IMG/VR virus record: IMGVR_UViG_3300046779_001371
Span: 1 to 40,485 of that record
Origin: a virus
Lineage: Duplodnaviria > Caudoviricetes
DNA length: 40,485 nt
Strand: one strand, 5' to 3'
In this document: in pieces, positions 25,951-34,302 of the stretch
Layout: every line of letters starts with the position of its first letter
Numbering within the stretch: the stretch's first letter is position 1
The notes under the pieces: model-generated
What the model saw: the letters and a program-made list of their open reading frames with translations, nothing else
Told to the model about the DNA's origin: nothing
Databases searched by the model: none
Program-made: the position numbers and the translations under genes

Positions 25951-26268
25951 CTATTCTACGCTTACTTCTTCAGTGTTAGTTCTCATAAAGAAGATAGGAA
26001 GCTCTAGTTCTTTAGCGATGTCGAGCTCCAATTTTGCTCCTGCAGAGTTCTCCCAGCCGTCTAGCATGACGATTGCATCACACTTGAGAAGTGCTTCGAT
26101 GTCTTTGCGTAGATAAACCTTGCGTGGATAGATGGTTGTGGCATCAAATTCTTCTGCAGGATTCCATACAACAAAGCCATGAGAACGTAGTTCTTCTGCT
26201 GCTGCATTGAACGCTGGACGGTTGTAATCAGGAAGTCCCGTCATGGGACCTGATAGGTAATAGATCAT
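25951..26268 (-). CDS. DUF4406 / nucleoside 2-deoxyribosyltransferase-like protein
   Basis: YLSGPMTGLPDYN..AF, NPAE, CDAIVMLDGWENSAGAKLE. Confidence 0.85.
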   Translation of the reverse strand: MIYYLSGPMTGLPDYNRPAFNAAAEELRSHGFVVWNPAEEFDATTIYPRKVYLRKDIEALLKCDAIVMLDGWENSAGAKLELDIAKELELPIFFMRTNTEEVSVE

Positions 26269-26321
26269 TGACGGCTCTTCCTTTGGGGTATCTAGTAGCA
26301 AAGCTAAACGAGGAGAGAGCA

Positions 26322-26834
26322 TCAGTGGCGGTGCTCTGTCAAAAGTGTGTCATGGTAGCCACACTCAAGACATTCAATCTTCTCGATCAAGGGTCCATCA
26401 ATATCGTAGGAAAGGTGAAGGTGTCCTTCAACTTCAGCATCATCTGGGATAGATGCGTTGTCAACGGCTGCTAACCATTCGCGGACATCACCGACATAGG
26501 TAGGTTTGCCAGGTTCTGTTTGCATGAAGATGAAGAGGGCTGCGCTACTTGTGACAGCATCTGCACGTCTTTGTGCATGCTTAGGTGCGCTTGCTGGAAC
26601 CTCTTCATCTTCAAGTTCTTCTTCATCGTCATACATCTCGTTGAGGGTTTCATCGGTGATGATGTTGAGGACGGTTTCAACGGAAAGCTTTGCATCCTGT
26701 AGAGCCATTGAGTATTGGGAGTCTGGTTCGTTTGCATCCCATTCAATAGCGTTGGTGTTGTACTTGGTGTTGCCGTGAGACTTCATCAGGACATCTGCCA
26801 CTGCAAGTACTAGGGCTTCTCTAAAATCACTCAT
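26322..26834 (-). CDS. Hypothetical protein with acidic linker and C-terminal CxxC
   Basis: Start MSDFRE overlapping upstream TGA. Confidence 0.65.
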   Translation of the reverse strand: MSDFREALVLAVADVLMKSHGNTKYNTNAIEWDANEPDSQYSMALQDAKLSVETVLNIITDETLNEMYDDEEELEDEEVPASAPKHAQRRADAVTSSAALFIFMQTEPGKPTYVGDVREWLAAVDNASIPDDAEVEGHLHLSYDIDGPLIEKIECLECGYHDTLLTEHRH

Positions 26835-27172
26835 TCTTTTTCTACCAACTTCTGTTTGCGTCGTTTGAGCATCTTGTCTACTGCGGGAAGTACGAACTCG
26901 TAATGCTTGGATAACTCTAGTACATCTGCGTGGAAAGGGTTGCAACAACCATCACACATATGTTTAGTGTTGGGGTTGATCTCATCTGGGTCTGTGTGAG
27001 CGATATTGTGGGAGCAGATACGCATGATGCGTCCTACCTTGAAATCCCAAGTCTGCTTCCAATCAACCATGTGATGGTCGGAGTTGTTGTGGACGGTGCA
27101 GTACTGTCCGAGGCAGGTTCCTCTTTCGTGGGTGTTGAGTTCCTCTCCACCAACTAACGTCGCTTTTTCCAT
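26831..27172 (-). CDS. Cys/His-rich actinophage hypothetical protein
   Basis: CLGQYCTVHNNSDHHM...RICSHNIAHTDPD...HMCDGCC. Confidence 0.75.
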   Translation of the reverse strand: MEKATLVGGEELNTHERGTCLGQYCTVHNNSDHHMVDWKQTWDFKVGRIMRICSHNIAHTDPDEINPNTKHMCDGCCNPFHADVLELSKHYEFVLPAVDKMLKRRKQKLVEKE

Positions 27173-27218
27173 ACATCTAACATAGCGGTTTCTACTGACA
27201 TTGCGCTAGGGTTAGGGT

Positions 27219-27878
27219 ATGACAGTTCCACACTATGACGTAGTAATTGCAACGCCGGGCCATTCCATGGTGGCGGACTATGTGAAGTCTTTGGTCGAGA
27301 CAACCGTATGGTTGCAGGGTCAAGGGCTGACTTACCACTTCGTTTCTCAGTACTCCTCATTTGTGCCGAGTGCTAGGGAGAACACCGCTACTGGCAGTTA
27401 TGGGGCGGATTGGGAAAGTACCTCCTTTGGAGGGGGTACTTTTACCTATCGGTGGATTCTGTGGATTGATTCGGACATCTCTTGGAAGCCTGAGGATATT
27501 GGGGTTCTGATCGAGGCGGACAGGGACGTTATCGCTGGGATGATGCCTGTGAGCCGAGAGGGTCGAATTGGGGCTATGCGCTTCAACGACAAGGGGCAAC
27601 CTGTGTCTTTGCGGGGTCTGGACTTCATTATGGATGGCGACCCTGTGCAGGTAGATGGGGTGAGCTTTGGTTTCCTTCTCGTTCGCTATGGGGTTTTCGA
27701 GAAGATGGAGCGTCCGTGGTTTCGGATTCGGCAGACTTCGATTGAGGCTGTCCCCTATGCGGTGGACCTAGGGGAGGACTACTCTTGGTGCGTTGGGGCG
27801 GCGGAAGCTGGGTTTGTTATTTGGATGCACCCTTTGGTTCGGGTCGAGCATCGGAAAGAAATTATCCTAACAGTTTGA
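27219..27878 (+). CDS. GT-A fold glycosyltransferase
   Basis: VVIATP, ARE, LWIDSD (DxD), GFLLV..GVFE, GEDYSWC, VEH. Confidence 0.85.
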   Translation: MTVPHYDVVIATPGHSMVADYVKSLVETTVWLQGQGLTYHFVSQYSSFVPSARENTATGSYGADWESTSFGGGTFTYRWILWIDSDISWKPEDIGVLIEADRDVIAGMMPVSREGRIGAMRFNDKGQPVSLRGLDFIMDGDPVQVDGVSFGFLLVRYGVFEKMERPWFRIRQTSIEAVPYAVDLGEDYSWCVGAAEAGFVIWMHPLVRVEHRKEIILTV

Positions 27879-28076
27879 GAAGTTGTTCCCTTCTTGGGGA
27901 ATCTGTTATAGCACCTTCCTGTATTTCTTGCATTTCTTGCATGTGAAAGATTTTGGGACTTTTCTTTCAGGGGAAAGTTATTTGGAAGTGTGCAGCTGAA
28001 AATCTTGCAATCTTGTAATTCTATGATGGATTTGCGGTTAGGTCATATTCGGAAATAGTGTATTCAGATATAGATG

Positions 28077-28299
28077 TACTATCACGGAAAAATGAGTTTT
28101 TCGGGGTCTCTTTCCGAGATCAGCAGAGGTCGAGCTTTCGTTTGAGAAAGTGGGTCGATGAAAAATCCGTGATAGTTATTTTGAGATACTATCGCCGAAA
28201 AAAGTAAAACTTTATGAAATCCGTGATAGTACAGTTTTATTATAGAAAATCGATACTATCAGGGAAAATCTCTTAGAAAATCAAAAATCCGTGATAGTA
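28077..28299. repeat. Six alternately inverted 12-bp boxes (TCCGTGATAGTA), iteron-like; probable replication origin
   Basis: Forward AAATCCGTGATAGT at 28163, 28217, 28285; reverse TACTATCACGGA 28077, TACTATCGCCGA 28187, TACTATCAGGGA 28254; followed by very AT-rich 28300-28445. Confidence 0.75.
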
Positions 28300-28481
28300 T
28301 AACTAAAAACTAATTTATATATTGTAATATTCAATCTAATCTCTAGACGTGTATGAGAAATCCTTCTATACCCCCTAGGAATTTGGTTGAATATTTAGAT
28401 ATTTAGTTATAGTGTATAGTTATTTAGTAATATTCAATTTAGTCATTGACAGGGAACGGAATTAGGTATATGAAAAATAAC

Positions 28482-28510
28482 TTGACAACGGATATAGAGT
28501 TCGCTATAAA
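28482..28510 (+). promoter_or_regulatory. SigmaA-like promoter
   Basis: TTGACA-N17-TATAAA upstream of rightward operon. Confidence 0.75.
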
Positions 28511-28543
28511 TGATTCAATGACAAATGACAAAGGACGGTTCTA

Positions 28544-28759
28544 ATGGAACTCTGGCAATTCTGGGTACTTGCAGGGATCAATGCTGCGAGTGTGTTTCTT
28601 TCTACGATTGCTCTCTTCATGTATTCAATGTGGAGTAACAATCGAAAGAAGCGAAAGCTTTTGGAGAGCATGTTCGAGCAAGTCTTGGAAAAGGTCGAGA
28701 CAGATATTCAGTTCAGAGACATCGTTGGAAAACTAAACAAGGACGGTAATGATGAGTAG
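28544..28759 (+). CDS. Single-TM protein
   Basis: AAAGGA RBS; N-terminal TM followed by RKKRK. Confidence 0.7.
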   Translation: MELWQFWVLAGINAASVFLSTIALFMYSMWSNNRKKRKLLESMFEQVLEKVETDIQFRDIVGKLNKDGNDE

Positions 28760-29222
28760 TGCAAAAGAAGCCTTAGAGCTTTTGGGTATCAACGTTGATG
28801 ATGCCATTGAGACAGACAAGAAGCGCACCGAGACAAAACCTCGAGACCCTCGAGTTTGTCTATGTGGTCATGCTGTAAACAAGCACAACCAAATGGCTGG
28901 TGAAGTCAAGTGTGTACCAAGCCGATATTGGTGTCCATGCAAGAACCTTCGACCAGTAGTCCAAGTTGAGGACACAAGGTTGTTCTTGCGTAAGACCAAT
29001 GGACCAAATCAGGAACATGCCTTGGTTCGAGGAATTGCTGCTTCCGCTATGAATGACAAGAGCGTAAAGTGGATTGTGGAAGTCGCTTGCGACATCTGCC
29101 ACAAGACTGCTGCTGAAACTAGAATTATCCCAACGGCAGTCACTGAGTTCAAAACTGTGTCCTATGAAGCAACTGGATGGGACGCTCTAGTCTGTGAAGA
29201 CTGTTTGGAGAAGATTCGATGA
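28749..29222 (+). CDS. Cys-rich zinc-binding protein
   Basis: CLCGH..H, C...CPC, CDIC, CEDC. Confidence 0.7.
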   Translation: MMSSAKEALELLGINVDDAIETDKKRTETKPRDPRVCLCGHAVNKHNQMAGEVKCVPSRYWCPCKNLRPVVQVEDTRLFLRKTNGPNQEHALVRGIAASAMNDKSVKWIVEVACDICHKTAAETRIIPTAVTEFKTVSYEATGWDALVCEDCLEKIR

Positions 29223-29518
29223 GCCAACCTTTTGATCGCATCAGTGATGAGATTCGTATGCTAGTTGTACATGAGCGTATTTCTCCTGAACAGATGTTAG
29301 ATGTCAGTGCCATCGTGTATGCACAAACAGAGTCATGGAAAGAGGATGTTGTCCTCGAGATAAACAAACTCATCGACAACTGGGAAGCCACAATGGGTGA
29401 GGGCGATAAGTCGTTCTACTCACTTGGGCTCCGTCGAGCAATCGACATCATCACAGGACAAGACGCCTATGCTCAACTACCTATCTTGGAAACACCTGAC
29501 ACTCCAGATGAGCAATAA
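29219..29518 (+). CDS. Hypothetical protein
   Basis: ATGA coupling; YSLGLRRAIDIITG. Confidence 0.65.
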   Translation: MSQPFDRISDEIRMLVVHERISPEQMLDVSAIVYAQTESWKEDVVLEINKLIDNWEATMGEGDKSFYSLGLRRAIDIITGQDAYAQLPILETPDTPDEQ

Positions 29519-29633
29519 GCAACAAGTTGTTCTGACTAAGGAGGAGCTGGCTATCCAGAAGATTAGACAGCAGTCCATCATGGAGCGCAAGAAGAAATTT
29601 GAAGAAGCCAAGAGGAAAAAATCCAATGAGTGA
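29508..29633 (+). CDS. Small basic protein
   Basis: MSNKQQ...; overlaps both neighbours. Confidence 0.5.
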   Translation: MSNKQQVVLTKEELAIQKIRQQSIMERKKKFEEAKRKKSNE

Positions 29634-29877
29634 GATTACCTACAACGGAGACGTCGAGATGAAAATCCGACAGGTCCACTACATGGGTGAGTTCACTGGG
29701 TGGGAGGGTGAACTTCTAGTCAAGGGTCACACTTACTGTGAGGGGACTGCTCCAACATTTTGGGGAGTCCATGACCTACTGACAGAGTACATCTGGGAGC
29801 AGACGGTCAAAGATGACCATCCTGTTTTAGATCACAACTGGTTCACGAAGGATGCCAACGATAGGGGGAAAGATTGA
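29626..29877 (+). CDS. Hypothetical protein
   Basis: GAGG RBS, start MSEITY. Confidence 0.6.
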   Translation: MSEITYNGDVEMKIRQVHYMGEFTGWEGELLVKGHTYCEGTAPTFWGVHDLLTEYIWEQTVKDDHPVLDHNWFTKDANDRGKD

Positions 29878-30092
29878 GCGAATACTGGTCATGGATTCTG
29901 GCAGTTGTCGGAGTCTCGGGAATGTACTTTGTCGGAAAGAAGACCGTCTGGGGATGGTTGGTTCTTCTAACTAACGAAGTCATCTGGACTGCCTATGCTC
30001 TTGCCACAAAGCAGTATGGGTTTATCGTGATGGCTGTTGCCTATGCAACTGTCTACATCAAGAGCTTCATTGAATGGCGCAAAGAAGATTAG
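29874..30092 (+). CDS. Small 3-TM PnuC-like (half-size nicotinamide riboside transporter-like) membrane protein
   Basis: WSWILAVVGV...GKKTVWGW...NEVIW..YA...QYG...Y..SFIEWRK. Confidence 0.6.
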   Translation: MSEYWSWILAVVGVSGMYFVGKKTVWGWLVLLTNEVIWTAYALATKQYGFIVMAVAYATVYIKSFIEWRKED

Positions 30093-30094
30093 AC

Positions 30095-30289
30095 ATGCCT
30101 TACAAGTTGAACGGTGAACTAACCAATCGTTGTTCTTCCCATGGGAACAAAATGCTTTACAAGAACCATGGAACTTTGCTTGACGTTATCCTCAAGACTC
30201 AGAGAGAGCAGGGCATCAAATTGACTTGGTACAAATGTGAAGTCCACGGTGGCTATCACCTCACGAAGTGGGAGAACAAACAGACCTAA
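30095..30289 (+). CDS. Hypothetical protein
   Basis: C...K..Y...YKCEVHGGYHLTK. Confidence 0.6.
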   Translation: MPYKLNGELTNRCSSHGNKMLYKNHGTLLDVILKTQREQGIKLTWYKCEVHGGYHLTKWENKQT

Positions 30290-30480
30290 TGCCGAACCGC
30301 AAACCTGATACTGAGATTATCTTTACCGTCCGACAAGACGAAGAGTTCCCCGACTTCTGGGTCGCCGAACTTACTGTCGGAGGGGTTGAAGTTGTGACCG
30401 CACACACTGGTTCGATGAAAGATGCCATCGCAGTTTTTCATGAGTCCTTCCCTGAAGGCGGAGAGAAAAAACTCTTCTAA
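30289..30480 (+). CDS. Hypothetical protein
   Basis: TAATG coupling with upstream gene. Confidence 0.55.
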   Translation: MPNRKPDTEIIFTVRQDEEFPDFWVAELTVGGVEVVTAHTGSMKDAIAVFHESFPEGGEKKLF

Positions 30481-30695
30481 ATAGCTCGACACGCCGTTTC
30501 GAAAACACTTTTATTCAGGTAAAAACTCGGGTCGTTCAATCTACATTTCACGCCTAAAACCTGCCCTTTGGCGACCAATCTTCTTTATAGAGGGTGTGTT
30601 TCTCACACCATTTCCGAAAAAAACTTTTCAACCAATAATGTATTCTCTTTTTCGAGTAGATAGTCAAAAATCCTACTCAGAAGGACGAACCACAT

Positions 30696-31001
30696 ATGAA
30701 GAACGCAGCACTCGAGTCGTACCTCCGCAACCTGCTTGGTCAAGCAATCGGAGCCGTCATGATCGTCACTCAGACATCTGGCATCGCCTCACCTCTTGAC
30801 TTCGGTGGAAGCGAGTGGCTCCTTGTAGCCAACGCTCTTTGGGCATCAGTAATCCCTGTCGCTCTCCGCTGGGTCAACAAGAAAGACCCTGCCTTCGGAC
30901 GCATCGCTGAAGTAGCAGCAGCCGAAGTATCAACAAAGTTATCCACAGCTGCCGCGAGCGCGAAGAAAAAGCCAGTAGCTAAGAAGACCACAAAGAAGTA
31001 A
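30696..31001 (+). CDS. Holin-like membrane protein
   Basis: AALESYLR...two TMs...VALRWVNKKDPAFGR plus basic tail. Confidence 0.6.
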   Translation: MKNAALESYLRNLLGQAIGAVMIVTQTSGIASPLDFGGSEWLLVANALWASVIPVALRWVNKKDPAFGRIAEVAAAEVSTKLSTAAASAKKKPVAKKTTKK

Positions 31002-31006
31002 ACAAC

Positions 31007-31051
31007 TTTGGGAAGGCGGGCCAAACCAAGCGGCCCGTCTCCCAAATTTTT
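31007..31051 (+). terminator. Hairpin/terminator
   Basis: TTTGGGAAGGCGGGCC...GGCCCGTCTCCCAAA followed by TTTTT. Confidence 0.6.
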
Positions 31052-31068
31052 ACCCCTAGGAGACAAAG

Positions 31069-31269
31069 ATGGCAATGACCCCTCAAGAGCTAGAAGCCCA
31101 CGTTCAGACTGAGCTCGCTCTCAAAGCTGAGATTGAAGAACTCGTCCGAGTCCTCCGTGACTCCGAGTACCGCACCAAAACCGAGAAGGCATACTACGCT
31201 GACCAACTTGCGGCTAAGCGTCTAGAACTTCGTGAGCACCTAGGGCTGAACCCTCGCCCAACTAAGTAG
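31069..31269 (+). CDS. Hypothetical coiled-coil protein
   Basis: GGGAG RBS, 66 aa. Confidence 0.65.
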   Translation: MAMTPQELEAHVQTELALKAEIEELVRVLRDSEYRTKTEKAYYADQLAAKRLELREHLGLNPRPTK

Positions 31270-31277
31270 GGGTAAAA

Positions 31278-32225
31278 ATGTCCCTCGAACTTTTCGGCGA
31301 TAAAGCCGAGGAAGAATCAACCGTCCCACTCATCGAGTCCCCGACGGATATGCGTCCCGACCTTTCCGAGTACGGCATCGTCGAACACGACCGCGGCATC
31401 TGCGAAGACACCTACGAGAACCGCAGCCTCCTTAGACAAAGCGGATTCCAATGGGTACCTGTCTACACAGAGACGGGCAATGCCACAGGACTAATCGAGG
31501 CTCGCTCCCTCGAACAAATGAAAGAGCGTCGACTACTTTCACTTCAGGGCAAGCGGGCCCTACTAGCTGATCCACTTTCAAACAACTCTGAATACTTGAC
31601 GGGCCTCGACCTGATCGTTGACAGCGAGGCATGCAAGGTTGTTCCACCTTGGGTACTTGCTGCCACCCGCGCTTATGTAAAAGAGCAGGAAGCTGGTGGA
31701 CCTCCAACGGCGAAGCGAGCGCCGAAGCCAATGCCTACCCGCTGTCGAGAGTTCACCTCTGAGGGAATCCGCTGCATGCTTTGGGCATCGGGCAACATCA
31801 AGGACGACGGCTTGTGCCGCATGCACCTGGGTAAAAATCGTAAGACGGGCGCGGACATTGAACGGGCAAGAGCCAAGCTCATGCAGTCAGCTCCTTACGC
31901 TGTCGACACATTAGAACAACTTATGGAGACGGCTGTCTCTGAGCCAGTCAAGCTCAAAGCTGCAACGGAAATCCTTGACCGTGCTGGCGTGCGTGCTGGC
32001 ATGGATATCGGAATCGACGTCGACATCAAGGACTCACGCTCACCTGCCCAGATTATTGCGGAACGGCTTGCCCGCCTGAAGAACGGTGCCGCGATGATCG
32101 AAACTCAGTTTGCTGACACAAACGTACAAGATGCGGAAGTTGTCATCGAAACCCCAGAAATTTTTACCCCCCAGCCAGAACCAGAAGACACGATCTCAGC
32201 TGAAGAGCTGGAGGAGCTACAATGA
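31278..32225 (+). CDS. Probable terminase small subunit
   Basis: C-x9-C-x13-CRMH zinc motif (HGGxSTG-like), then helical AVDTLEQLM...VKLKAATEILDRAG oligomerisation segment and acidic tail. Confidence 0.6.
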   Translation: MSLELFGDKAEEESTVPLIESPTDMRPDLSEYGIVEHDRGICEDTYENRSLLRQSGFQWVPVYTETGNATGLIEARSLEQMKERRLLSLQGKRALLADPLSNNSEYLTGLDLIVDSEACKVVPPWVLAATRAYVKEQEAGGPPTAKRAPKPMPTRCREFTSEGIRCMLWASGNIKDDGLCRMHLGKNRKTGADIERARAKLMQSAPYAVDTLEQLMETAVSEPVKLKAATEILDRAGVRAGMDIGIDVDIKDSRSPAQIIAERLARLKNGAAMIETQFADTNVQDAEVVIETPEIFTPQPEPEDTISAEELEELQ

Positions 32226-32449
32226 CAAGAGAACAACTCATCCAAGATGCGCAGCAGCTAGCGGATCGGCTTGCTGAAGATATCCCGTTGTGCCGCACCC
32301 GCGACGAACACATCCGCGTAACGGCACGCGCTAATGAAGCCGCCAACCTCGTGAACGGCCTGCGTAATATGGAAGTCCCGCTCTACCAGTTCGAGTCAGC
32401 CACATTCACGGTAGCGGACGACCTCAGAGACGGCACGGTCAATGCCTAG
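32222..32449 (+). CDS. Hypothetical protein
   Basis: GGAGGAG RBS, ATGA overlap. Confidence 0.65.
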   Translation: MTREQLIQDAQQLADRLAEDIPLCRTRDEHIRVTARANEAANLVNGLRNMEVPLYQFESATFTVADDLRDGTVNA

Positions 32450-32518
32450 GTCAAACGGCAAGTGCACGCAGGAGACTGACCCAACGGATTGGGTTGACGG
32501 CGTGGAGGAGAGCCTCTA

Positions 32519-32683
32519 ATGGAAACGGTACTGCGTGATTGCTTCTGGTGCGGCGAGACCTATGACATGGGTAAAAATGAACGGTGCCCAAGATGCTCAA
32601 CGGATGTTGATACCCGTGCCATCAAGATCATTGACAGCTCAGCTACTGACGGCGAGAACGAAACAACTTCTTCAACCATCTGA
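32519..32683 (+). CDS. Small zinc-ribbon protein, 54 aa (not in ORF track)
   Basis: GGAGGAG RBS; CFWC...CPRC. Confidence 0.55.
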   Translation: METVLRDCFWCGETYDMGKNERCPRCSTDVDTRAIKIIDSSATDGENETTSSTI

Positions 32684-32818
32684 AGGCGGCCCGCACATTA
32701 GCGGTGAATAGCCAGAAGTACATCCCAATAACGGATATGAAAGTCGCGGCAAGCGGCAAGAGATTATGGACCTCTAACGGATCGCCTGGAACGGTGTGAG
32801 CGTAGATGGTCAAAATTT

Positions 32819-32977
32819 TTACCCCATCAACCAGTGCGACAGCGAGATCCAAACAACTCCTCCAACGGAGAAGACGGCGAGCCATCTGCGATCAGTTCGA
32901 CCGAAGAGCATGACGGCGAGAGCGGCGAGGAACATGAGGTGGTCTGCCTCTGTGAAGAAATGAATAACGGATTGCAT
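32819..32977 (-). CDS. Small two-TM membrane protein, 52 aa (not in ORF track)
   Basis: MQSVIHFFTEADHLMFLAALAVMLFGRTDRRWLAVFSVGGVVWISLSHWLMG; TATGAT -10 exactly six nt before ATG. Confidence 0.5.
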   Translation of the reverse strand: MQSVIHFFTEADHLMFLAALAVMLFGRTDRRWLAVFSVGGVVWISLSHWLMG

Positions 32978-33406
32978 ACTTCAATCATAAGCGGCGAGCG
33001 CCTATATCCCGCGTTGTACACGGTATCCGAACGTATGAACTTACACCTAACATGCAACGGACTATATGCAGGAAGATGACATAACGGGATGCTGCCCAGG
33101 TTTAGTAACGTTTCACAACTTCCAAATAACTTTACGGAGCTGAAGCGGCCCGCGGATCGTGCGATCGCACGAAAAAGCTGCAAGAAGATGTAACCGATAG
33201 AGCTCAGCTTACGATCCAACATCCAAACAACTGTTACTGACGGGTAGCTTGAGCTGAAGGGGGGTAAAAATTTTCGATCCATCCGACGCAGCGGCCCGAG
33301 AAGAGAATAAGTTGTTTGAATGTTGGAGCTCCAGAGCTCTGTACCTTTTTCGCTAACGGACATAAATCTGTTGTTTAGATGCGATATTTGCGGAAAATCC
33401 GTCAAA

Positions 33407-33530
33407 ACGGCTTGCTAAATGACAGAAACGTGTTGTTTAGTGACGGCTTGCGAAACCTAACAAGACGGCTTGCAAAACCTAACAACGGCTTGCGAAAACT
33501 TGACAAGGGGTACTAGACTAGGTTTGTCAA
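33407..33530 (+). repeat. Four ACGGCTTGC boxes (three in tandem ~21-bp units) plus TTGACAA-N17-TTGTCAA inverted repeat
   Basis: ACGGCTTGC at 33407, 33443, 33465, 33485; unit ACGGCTTGCRAAACCTAACAA; inverted repeat 33500-33530. Confidence 0.8.
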
Positions 33531-33629
33531 CACGGCGTGCCGACAAACTGAAGAGCGGCCCGCGTAACGGAAGTTATTTGGATGTTGCCCGCCGCAGCTA
33601 GCTCAGCGGATCGGATTCGAAAATAAAAC

Positions 33630-33658
33630 TTGACGGCGTGAGATTAGCGCTCTATGAT
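33630..33658 (+). promoter_or_regulatory. SigmaA-like promoter (leaderless)
   Basis: TTGACG-N17-TATGAT-N7-ATG(33666). Confidence 0.7.
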
Positions 33659-33665
33659 AAACGGC

Positions 33666-33959
33666 ATGATAGAAGCACTCATACTATGGAACCTCGTCGG
33701 AGTACGGAATGACATACGCGGCGAGGATGATCACAGCGAATGGATTATATTTCCGCTACTCGTTATCGGACCATTGCTGTGGCCCATCGGCCTGATGTTG
33801 ACGGCTCGCAAGTACTACAAGCTGAGCTGGAGACGGAGCATTCTCTCAAGCGCTGTAGTAACGGTGTGGATATTGTGGTTGGTACCCGTGGTGTACTTTG
33901 CGATCGCAGCTGTGCTGTTTGTCGCAACCGTGTGGTACTTTGGAAATGACGAAGGGTAA
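33666..33959 (+). CDS. Membrane protein
   Basis: 2-3 hydrophobic helices. Confidence 0.65.
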   Translation: MIEALILWNLVGVRNDIRGEDDHSEWIIFPLLVIGPLLWPIGLMLTARKYYKLSWRRSILSSAVVTVWILWLVPVVYFAIAAVLFVATVWYFGNDEG

Positions 33960-33961
33960 AA

Positions 33962-34201
33962 ATGAAAGCGACAAGCAAGAGATCAGAATTCGCTCGAGAC
34001 ATTGATGAGCTGATGGATGAGTACGTTCCTACAGAACATAAATTCAACGGGATGCATATGCACGTCTCAAAGAAGCACAGGGGTGTCGACATCACAACAG
34101 GTCCAGTATCTGCAGGTGCCCTGACTTATGACAAAGATACTGGAGCTATCAAGCTTTACGATGGCAGTCACTGGATCGATCTTTCAGCAGTTACAAAATA
34201 A
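33962..34201 (+). CDS. Hypothetical protein
   Basis: GAAGGG RBS; GALTYDKDTGAIKLYDGSHW. Confidence 0.6.
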   Translation: MKATSKRSEFARDIDELMDEYVPTEHKFNGMHMHVSKKHRGVDITTGPVSAGALTYDKDTGAIKLYDGSHWIDLSAVTK

Positions 34202-34224
34202 AAAAAAATATTTTGCGACACGAC

Positions 34225-34254
34225 TTGACATTGCTGAAAAAGTAGTTCTATAAT
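34225..34254 (+). promoter_or_regulatory. Consensus sigmaA early promoter with A-tract UP element
   Basis: TTGACA-N18-TATAAT, A-tract at 34200-34210. Confidence 0.85.
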
Positions 34255-34302
34255 AAAACCAACCTAGAAACCTCTAGGGAAAATGACGAAAGGAAAACCC
34301 AA

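Noticed and set aside
28077-28299. CRISPR array
   Set aside because: Repeats are only 12-15 bp, alternate in orientation, are irregularly spaced, and there are no cas genes.
32827-33405. 192-aa minus-strand ORF and 32834..33079 plus-strand ORF
   Set aside because: No RBS or recognisable motifs and unnatural composition; likely by-products of the motif-biased sequence.
33407-33506. Mini-CRISPR array
   Set aside because: Units are ~21-bp tandem copies with no unique spacers.
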